A stretch of DNA of 12,980 nt from Clostridia bacterium (GTDB lineage: Bacteria; Bacillota; Clostridia; Christensenellales; Aristaeellaceae): contig JAZLIA010000073.1 in NCBI GenBank assembly GCA_045617125.1, positions 1 through 12,980 on the forward strand, read 5' to 3'. Positions 7,735-12,980 of the stretch are shown here, one piece after another. The notes beneath the pieces were generated by a model. It did not search any database. It was given only the letters and a program-made list of their open reading frames with translations, and had not been told where the DNA came from. A program made the translations under genes and the position numbers. Every line of letters starts with the position of its first letter. Positions within the stretch are counted from its first letter, which is position 1.

Positions 7735-8064
7735 TCAACCTTTGTCAGCATTTCCGGTCATTTCCTTTTTTGCGGTCTCTTCTGACCTGCCATATTCTGC
7801 AAATAAAACTCTGGCATCATTGCCTCTTACCACGGAAGAGGTTTCCTTTGCGCTGGGACTTTCATAGTACCAGCAAATTTCATATGCCGCATCGTATGCC
7901 CCGTCTGCACTGTTTTCGCATGTTTCAAGCGTCTTCCAGACAGACTCATGATAGAAATTGGAAAGACAGCCGCAGGCAGCGGCCGGGTTCAGCCCCATCA
8001 CCCCGGTAAGATACCGGTAGCAGCTTTCTTCATTTTGTTTTTGTTCCGCAGTTATGTTTTTTTC
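7735..8064 (-). pseudogene. Remnant of a phage-tail-type lysozyme (Phage_lysozyme2-like) gene that appears truncated and internally deleted
   Basis: The open frame lies between stops at 8065-8067 and 7735-7737. It reads ...SCYRYLTGV(M)MGLNPAAACGCLSNFYHES, compare the family's G-l-s-x-x-a-a-A-G-i-L-G-N-x-x-x-ES. It then jumps to ...DGAYDAAYEICWYYESPSAKETSSVVRGNDARVLFAEYG, compare the C-terminal ...A-x-x-F-x-x-x-YErp...R...A...Y. The central ~60 aa of the domain seem to be missing. The only starts are GTG 8001 and ATG 7998. Confidence 0.4.
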
Positions 8065-8129
8065 TTATACTCCATCTCTTTTCCGGACACCCCGGGTGTC
8101 ATTAAGTGTGTCAGTGAGAACCGTCCCCG

Positions 8130-8159
8130 TTGACACTGCTATCCTTATCTCCGTAAACT
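8130..8159 (+). promoter_or_regulatory. Candidate sigma-A-type promoter for the AraC-family gene
   Basis: TTGACA at 8130-8135, an 18-nt spacer, then TAAACT at 8154-8159, about 48 nt upstream of ATG 8207. Motif match only, and the -10 is weak. Confidence 0.25.
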
Positions 8160-8206
8160 TGCGTTTCATAGTTGCCGTTTCTGTTGCTTCCCGCTATACT
8201 TACTGT

Positions 8207-9085
8207 ATGGAACAGCATCATATCCTCTGGGTCGCAAAATCCTATACCATGCCGGAAAGCGGCGTCCGCTCCCACAGCCATCCTTTCTGCCACATGCTTT
8301 ATGCGGTGAAAGGAGAGGCGCAGTTTCTCTGCGGAAATGAAAAGTTTTTCCTCCGCGAAGGGGAGACCGTGCTGGTGCCCAGGGATGTGAAGCATGCTTA
8401 TCATAACACAACTGACGCCATCTTTGAATATCTGGAGCTGAAGTTCGTGCCCGCCCACAATTTCGAAGAGGCGCTGAGCCTCACTGCGCCCCTTCTGTGT
8501 AAAAAGAAGCTGGCGGGAGACCTGTTCTGCCAGATCGTAAACGATTACGAAGACGCGGGCCATGCTTCCGAAGAGGCTGCGGCGGCTTATCTGAATGCCC
8601 TCCTCTACATCCTCACCGAGGACGAAAGAAAGCAGCACTCCTCCAGTTCCCGCTACATCGACATCACCGGTTTTTCCGCACTCTCCGTGCGTATCATCAA
8701 TTACCTGGAGGAACACTTTGCGGAAAACTTCTCTCTGGATACTCTGGCGGAGGACCTGGACTACAACAAGACCTATCTCTGCAAGGCGTTCCGCGATGAT
8801 ACCGGTTCCACCATTCTGGATACCCTGAATCTCATCCGCATCAAGCGTGCCGCAGAGCTTCTTACCTACAGCGATCTGGGGCTTTCCCGGGTGGCGGAGG
8901 ACTGCGGTTTTACCACGGTGAGCCACTTTACCCGGGTGTTTCGCAAATACGTGGGCATCACGCCGGGCCAGTGCCGAAGAGCCTATCCCGCCAACCTTCT
9001 GTTCGGTCCCGCCGTCCCCGAAACCATCACCGGAGAGCGTCCCGACCGTTTCATGCGCAGCATCCTGGCCGGGAAAAATTACTGA
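8207..9085 (+). CDS. AraC/XylS-family transcriptional regulator (N-terminal cupin sensor domain plus C-terminal double HTH)
   Basis: The listed ORF starts at 8054, but the first 51 aa are low-complexity and unlike any domain. From Met 8207 (MEQHHILWVAKSY...) there is a cupin/AraC_binding-like region (HSHPFCHMLYAVKGEAQF...GETVLVPRDVKHAY). This is followed by the HTH_18 signature LDTLAEDLDYNKTYLCKAFRDDTGSTILDTLNLIRIKRAAELL...LSRVAEDCGFTTVSHFTRVFRKYVGITPGQCRR. No SD is seen, so the exact start is uncertain. Confidence 0.85.
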   Translation: MEQHHILWVAKSYTMPESGVRSHSHPFCHMLYAVKGEAQFLCGNEKFFLREGETVLVPRDVKHAYHNTTDAIFEYLELKFVPAHNFEEALSLTAPLLCKKKLAGDLFCQIVNDYEDAGHASEEAAAAYLNALLYILTEDERKQHSSSSRYIDITGFSALSVRIINYLEEHFAENFSLDTLAEDLDYNKTYLCKAFRDDTGSTILDTLNLIRIKRAAELLTYSDLGLSRVAEDCGFTTVSHFTRVFRKYVGITPGQCRRAYPANLLFGPAVPETITGERPDRFMRSILAGKNY

Positions 9086-9107
9086 TCTTTGAAAAACCGC
9101 GCACTTC

Positions 9108-9141
9108 AAAAAAGCTGCCGTGGTCCCACGACAGCTTTTTT
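9108..9141. terminator. Bidirectional rho-independent terminator between the convergent AraC and reductase genes
   Basis: AAAAAA (9108-9113), GCTGCCGTGG (9114-9123), tc, CCACGACAGC (9126-9135), TTTTTT (9136-9141). The GC-rich stem has one C-A mismatch on the + transcript, which becomes a G-U wobble on the - transcript. It is flanked by an A-tract and a T-tract, so it can serve both directions. Confidence 0.6.
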
Positions 9142-9154
9142 AGCGGTTGCTCTT

Positions 9155-11146
9155 TTAATCGATCTCTTCCAGTCTGCTCAGATGGAAGCCTGCGAAATAT
9201 CCGTCCGTGACCGCTTCGTTCATGCGGGCCGGCTTTTTGGCATCACCGACGATCACGGCATTATCGGATGCCTCGTAAAGCGCCCATGCCTCCTCCTTAA
9301 GCGGCTCCATGCCTACGGAAACAACGATGCTGTCTGCTTCGATCAGCTCTTCCTTCCCGTCCGCCGTGACCACCTTTACGCCGTTTTCGGTGATCTCCGA
9401 CACGGAAGTCTGTTTCATGACCTTCAGATTGGGCAGCTGTTCCATCTCGATCACGATCCCAAGGTAATGCACATAAGGGGCGCCTTTTCCGATCTTGTCG
9501 GTAAGCTCCACGATCGTTACGTCCCTGCCCTCATACGCCGCCGCAATGCCTTCCTCGCAGCCTACCATGCCGCCGCCGACAAATACGACCTTGTTTCCCA
9601 GGGGCTTTTTGTAAATGCCGTCCGCATATACCACCTTCGAACTGTCGATCCCCGGAATGTCGGGCTTTACGGGTCTCGCGCCAATGGCAATGATCACGTC
9701 GTCAAAGTCATTTTCACGGATGTACTCCGGCGTGACGGTAAATCCCAGTTTTACCTCAATGTTTTTTGTTCTCTCGATCTTCTTTTTCAGAACATCGACA
9801 AAGTTTTTGATATCCTTCTTGAACGGCGGGTTCCATGCCGCTTTCAGCATGCCTCCGAAACTGTCGGATTTTTCGGCAAGGACTACCTGATGTCCGCATA
9901 CGGCAGCACCAAGAGCCGCCTCCATGCCGGCGGGGCCGGCACCCACTACCAGTACCTTGTGATCTCCCTTTACAATGGTCCTCTCCGTGCCGCACTCCAC
10001 GCTGCCGAACCACGGGGATACCGCGCACTGCGCCTGTCCCAGAGGATATTTCACATAGGGAATGAAGTTCAGGCTCATGCACTCGTTGCACCGTGTGCAG
10101 AGGGTGATTTCATCCTCTTTTCCGAGCCTTGCCTTCTCCACAAACATCTGGTCAGCCATCAGGGCTCTTCCCAGGGCGATCCCGTCTACAAGGCCATCCT
10201 CCACCAGCTGTTCCATCTGGTCCAGATCGCCGTATCCGCCTACCGTGATGACGGGGATCGAAACTGCCTTTTTGATCTCCAGGGCAGGATATCTGTTACA
10301 GCCTCTTTCCTTAAACATGACCGGGAACATCCGGGCACTTGCTCTTTTATCATCAAAACTTGCCGCGGAAACGTGGATCATGTCGATGTAGGGCTCCAGC
10401 ATCTTGCAGACAGCAACAACGTCTTCCGTGGTAGCACCGTTTTCCATGAAATCCGAACCGCTCATGCGGAAGTCGATGCCGAAATCAGGGCCGCACTTCT
10501 CGCGAATGTTTTTGGCGACCTCTACATAGATCCTGCCTCTGTTCTCTATGCTTCCGCCGTAGCCGTCGGTACGTCTGTTGGTATTGGGGGAGAGGAACTG
10601 ATTGAGCAGCCAGCCGTGACCGCCCTGGATCGTTACCATGTCGCATCCGCCTTCTTTGCACATTTCGGCAGCATCACCGAATTTGCTGACGATGCGGTCG
10701 ATCATTTCCTGATCCATTTCCGTCGTATAATGTTCGCCGTCGCCATAGTGAGCCATGCCGCCGGTGGGACCGTACACCTTGCCGCCGGGGGTGAACAGCG
10801 GGTCTGCTCTTCTGCCCGGATGCATCAGTTCGATCGATGCCAGAGCGCCATAGCGATGGATGCCTCTCGTACAGTTCCGCATGCCTTTCACAAATTTCGG
10901 ATCGTCCATTCTGAGGACTGAGCCGTGGTTGTTTCCCGTGGCATTATCAATAAGCGTTTCTCCGATGCATACGATGCCAACGCCGCTTCTGGCAATGTTG
11001 GTGAAAAACTGTATGCCTGACGGTTTGAAAAAGCCATCGGCCGTAGCCGCGCCGCCCATCGGGGCCGCCAGGAACCTGTTCTTTGATACCAGCGATCTGC
11101 CGAATCTAAGCGGCGTGAACAATGCGGGATAATGTGTCTTTTGCAT
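9155..11146 (-). CDS. NADH:flavin oxidoreductase of the 2,4-dienoyl-CoA reductase / 2-enoate reductase / BaiCD-BaiH architecture (OYE-type FMN TIM barrel, 4Fe-4S motif, FAD/NAD(P) Rossmann domains)
   Basis: The listed ORF starts at 11203, but ATG 11144-11146 (MQKTHYPALFTPLRFG...) has AGGAGG at 11153-11158 with a 6-nt spacer, overlapping the upstream stop. OYE motifs are present: NRFLAAPMG, ELMHPGRR, GGHGWLLNQFLSPNTNRRTDGYGGSIENR, VGGY, GRALMADQ. There is a Cys cluster C-x2-C-x2-C-x17-C (CTRCNEC...QCAV, nt 10025..10099). There are two GxGxxG folds: VLVVGAGPAGMEAA (nt ~9926-9943) and VVFVGGGMVGCE. The stop is TAA at 9155-9157. Confidence 0.88.
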   Translation of the reverse strand: MQKTHYPALFTPLRFGRSLVSKNRFLAAPMGGAATADGFFKPSGIQFFTNIARSGVGIVCIGETLIDNATGNNHGSVLRMDDPKFVKGMRNCTRGIHRYGALASIELMHPGRRADPLFTPGGKVYGPTGGMAHYGDGEHYTTEMDQEMIDRIVSKFGDAAEMCKEGGCDMVTIQGGHGWLLNQFLSPNTNRRTDGYGGSIENRGRIYVEVAKNIREKCGPDFGIDFRMSGSDFMENGATTEDVVAVCKMLEPYIDMIHVSAASFDDKRASARMFPVMFKERGCNRYPALEIKKAVSIPVITVGGYGDLDQMEQLVEDGLVDGIALGRALMADQMFVEKARLGKEDEITLCTRCNECMSLNFIPYVKYPLGQAQCAVSPWFGSVECGTERTIVKGDHKVLVVGAGPAGMEAALGAAVCGHQVVLAEKSDSFGGMLKAAWNPPFKKDIKNFVDVLKKKIERTKNIEVKLGFTVTPEYIRENDFDDVIIAIGARPVKPDIPGIDSSKVVYADGIYKKPLGNKVVFVGGGMVGCEEGIAAAYEGRDVTIVELTDKIGKGAPYVHYLGIVIEMEQLPNLKVMKQTSVSEITENGVKVVTADGKEELIEADSIVVSVGMEPLKEEAWALYEASDNAVIVGDAKKPARMNEAVTDGYFAGFHLSRLEEID

Positions 11147-11156
11147 ATCGAACCTC

Positions 11157-12140
11157 CTAGTTGAATTGTAGTTTCCCGGCATAGTGACATGCGCAGAATC
11201 CATCCGTGCCGGTCATTTTATGCTCCGGTCTGCGCTTTAAACATTCTTCTGTGGCATACTGACATCTCGGGGCAAAACAGCAGCCTTCAGGAACACTTTC
11301 CAGATTCGGTGTGGACCCCGGGATGACATACAGTCTTTTGCTTTCCGTATCCAGACGCGGGATGCATTTTATGAGACCCGCCGTATACGGATGCTTCGGA
11401 TTTCCGAAAATATCCTCCGTCTTTCCCATTTCTACGATCTCCCCTGCATAGAAGACCGCGATCCGGTCCACCAGAGAGGCGATCACGCCCATGTCATGGG
11501 AGATAAAGACGATCCCCATTCCCGTTTCTTCCCTGAGCTTTTTTATCAGCCGGATGATCTGCGACTGGATCGTCACGTCAAGGGCCGTCGTCGGCTCATC
11601 CGCGATCAGAAGCTGCGGCGAGCATGACAGCGCGATGGCGATCATGGCTCTCTGCCTGAGACCGCCGGAAAGCTGATGCGGATAACAGTTGACCCTGTGT
11701 TCGGGATCGGGCATTTCCACCATTTTGAGGAGTTCCACGGCTCTATCCAGGGCGTCCTTCATAGTCATCCCTTCGTGCAGCCTGAGACTTTCCGCGATCT
11801 GAGCGCCTATCGTTTCCACGGGATTTAAACTGCGCATGGGTTCCTGGAAGATCATGGCGGCTTCCTTGCCCCTGATCTTTTCCATTTCTTTTTCAGAGAG
11901 CGTCATAATGCTTCTGCCATTCAGCCGGATATCTCCCGAAATAATGGCAGGCGGGGATTTGACCAGACGCAGTACGTTGGAAAACGTTACGCTCTTTCCA
12001 CAGCCGGACTCACCGATCACTCCCAGCGCTTCTTTCGGCATCAGGTCCACATTGACGCCGTTTACGGCATGGATCTCTTTTCCGCCGACCGGAAAGCTGA
12101 CATGCAGGTCCCTTATCTCAAGAAGTTTTTCTTTTTGCAT
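11157..12140 (-). CDS. Oligopeptide/dipeptide-type (Opp/Dpp/PepT family) ABC transporter ATP-binding protein, OppD-like
   Basis: 327 aa. Walker A GESGCGKS (nt 11991-12014), signature LSGGLRQR, Walker B LLIADEPTTALD, H-loop ISHDMG. The C-terminal oligo_HPY-type tail is HPYTAGLIKCIP...EGCCFAPRCQYATEEC...FCACH. GGGAGGG at 12146-12152 sits 5 nt before ATG 12138-12140. Confidence 0.9.
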   Translation of the reverse strand: MQKEKLLEIRDLHVSFPVGGKEIHAVNGVNVDLMPKEALGVIGESGCGKSVTFSNVLRLVKSPPAIISGDIRLNGRSIMTLSEKEMEKIRGKEAAMIFQEPMRSLNPVETIGAQIAESLRLHEGMTMKDALDRAVELLKMVEMPDPEHRVNCYPHQLSGGLRQRAMIAIALSCSPQLLIADEPTTALDVTIQSQIIRLIKKLREETGMGIVFISHDMGVIASLVDRIAVFYAGEIVEMGKTEDIFGNPKHPYTAGLIKCIPRLDTESKRLYVIPGSTPNLESVPEGCCFAPRCQYATEECLKRRPEHKMTGTDGFCACHYAGKLQFN

Positions 12141-12152
12141 GACCGCCCTCCC

Positions 12153-12980
12153 TTACATGTATGAGTTGCGGATCCTGGGGTCCAGATAATCCCGGATCCC
12201 GTCTCCCAAAAGGTTGAATCCCAGCACCGTTAGGGCGATGAAGAGCCCCGCAAACCCCGTGGTCCACGGATACTGGAACATGAAGGTCTTTCCTTCGTTT
12301 ACGATCAGTCCCCATGACGGTGTAGGCTGCGGAATGCCGAACCCCAGAAAACCGAGGGACGATTCCGCCAGTACGCATCCGCCCATGGCGGAAGAAAACA
12401 CCACGAGGATCTGCGGAAGCACATTGGGAATGATATGCTTCAGCACGATGGACAGATGCCCGTCTCCCATGGAAAGGGCCGCCCGAGTGTATCCTCTTTC
12501 TCTTAAGGACAGCGTGCTTGATCTTGCCATCCGGTAGAACATGGGAATGCAGGGGATGCCGATGGACAAAAACATCGTCTTAATGGAAGCCTGCAGGATA
12601 ATGCCGATGATCAGCGAACTGAGCAGCATGGGGAATGACATAAAAATATCCATGATCCTGCCTGCCGCAAAGTCCACAGGACCGCCGTAATAAGCGGTGA
12701 TACAGCCGATCAGCGTGCCGCATACCGCTGCCAGAAGCGCCGCGCATACCGCGACGGAAAGGGAGATCCTGCCGCCGTACAGGATCCTTGTCCATACATC
12801 ACGGCCGTAGGCATCGGTCCCGAAGAAGTGTTCGGCACAGGGAGCGGTATTCTTGTTTCTCAGATCCACTCCGCTGTAATCGCCGTTTGTGATCACAGGC
12901 GCCAGTATCACCAGAAGAAGGATCATAAACAGTATGGTCCCGCCGATCACGATTTGTTTGTTCTTAAAAATTGATCTCAT
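12153..12980 (-). CDS. Opp/Dpp-type ABC transporter permease (OppC/DppC-like)
   Basis: 275 aa. The start codon is the last three bases of the window (12978-12980), so the true start and the upstream genes cannot be checked. It has the N-terminal TM and the typical FGTDAYGRDVWTRILYGGRISL motif, plus the EAA-type loop RAALSMGDGHLSIVLKHIIPNVLPQI. Stop TAA at 12153-12155 lies 12 nt before the next start. Confidence 0.88.
   Translation of the reverse strand: MRSIFKNKQIVIGGTILFMILLLVILAPVITNGDYSGVDLRNKNTAPCAEHFFGTDAYGRDVWTRILYGGRISLSVAVCAALLAAVCGTLIGCITAYYGGPVDFAAGRIMDIFMSFPMLLSSLIIGIILQASIKTMFLSIGIPCIPMFYRMARSSTLSLRERGYTRAALSMGDGHLSIVLKHIIPNVLPQILVVFSSAMGGCVLAESSLGFLGFGIPQPTPSWGLIVNEGKTFMFQYPWTTGFAGLFIALTVLGFNLLGDGIRDYLDPRIRNSYM

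Noticed and set aside
7506-7751. An 81-aa ORF bridging the lysozyme-like and GT51 fragments
   Set aside because: It is in an alternative frame over the GT51 fragment. The translation has no motif, whereas the overlapping frame carries the GGSTITQQ and EDxxFxxHxG signatures.
8111-9109. A 332-aa ORF on the - strand
   Set aside because: It is antisense to the AraC-family gene, whose HTH signature is clear. The translation is low-complexity (Gly/Asp/Val-rich) with no recognisable motifs.
9089-10921. A 610-aa ORF on the + strand
   Set aside because: It lies entirely antisense to the reductase gene, which has unmistakable OYE, Fe-S and Rossmann motifs. The translation (His/Arg/Ala/Leu-rich, no motifs) looks like a shadow ORF of a GC-biased coding strand.
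9155-11146. Naming the reductase specifically as BaiCD/BaiH, BilR, FadH or FldZ
   Set aside because: Only the shared architecture can be seen by eye. No diagnostic subfamily residues can be verified without an alignment, and no bai, fld or fad partner genes are intact here.
1-12980. Scan for CRISPR repeats, tRNA/rRNA, IS or transposase genes, integrases, toxin-antitoxin or defence genes
   Set aside because: No regularly spaced repeats were seen. No intergenic region is long enough for an RNA gene except 7070-7231 and 8065-8206, and neither shows cloverleaf-like or conserved structure. No ORF has transposase, integrase or nuclease motifs that I can recognise.

Overview
This 12.98-kb segment looks like a Bacillota/Clostridia-type chromosome. 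The taxon is inferred only from strong AGGAGG Shine-Dalgarno sites 5-11 nt upstream of starts, tightly coupled operons and gene content. All family assignments come from motifs read by eye, because no database search was possible.

There are four blocks:
(1) + strand, 3..3344: the 3' end of an arylamine N-acetyltransferase, a two-domain CX5R tyrosine-phosphatase-family protein, and a MATE-like membrane protein with a degenerate C-terminal GHKL/anti-sigma-kinase-like domain.
(2) - strand, 3334..7069: a CUT1-type sugar ABC importer operon with no ATPase gene. It encodes a lipoprotein binding protein, a MalF/UgpA-like permease with a ~210-aa N-terminal extension, and a MalG/UgpE-like permease.
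(3) - strand, 7232..8064: about 0.8 kb of gene remnants. These are a phage-tail-lysozyme-like fragment and a GT51 transglycosylase fragment fused in frame to the 3' end of a family III CoA-transferase.
(4) An AraC-family regulator (+) converging, across a bidirectional terminator, on a - strand operon: Opp/Dpp-type permease, then Opp/Dpp-type ATPase, then a 663-aa OYE/FadH/BaiCD-type Fe-S flavoprotein ene-reductase.

I saw no rRNA, tRNA, CRISPR array, IS element or recognisable defence system. The three items most worth follow-up are the peptide-type ABC importer translationally coupled to an ene-reductase of unknown substrate, the MATE-GHKL hybrid, and the mosaic remnant region wedged between the AraC gene and the sugar operon.
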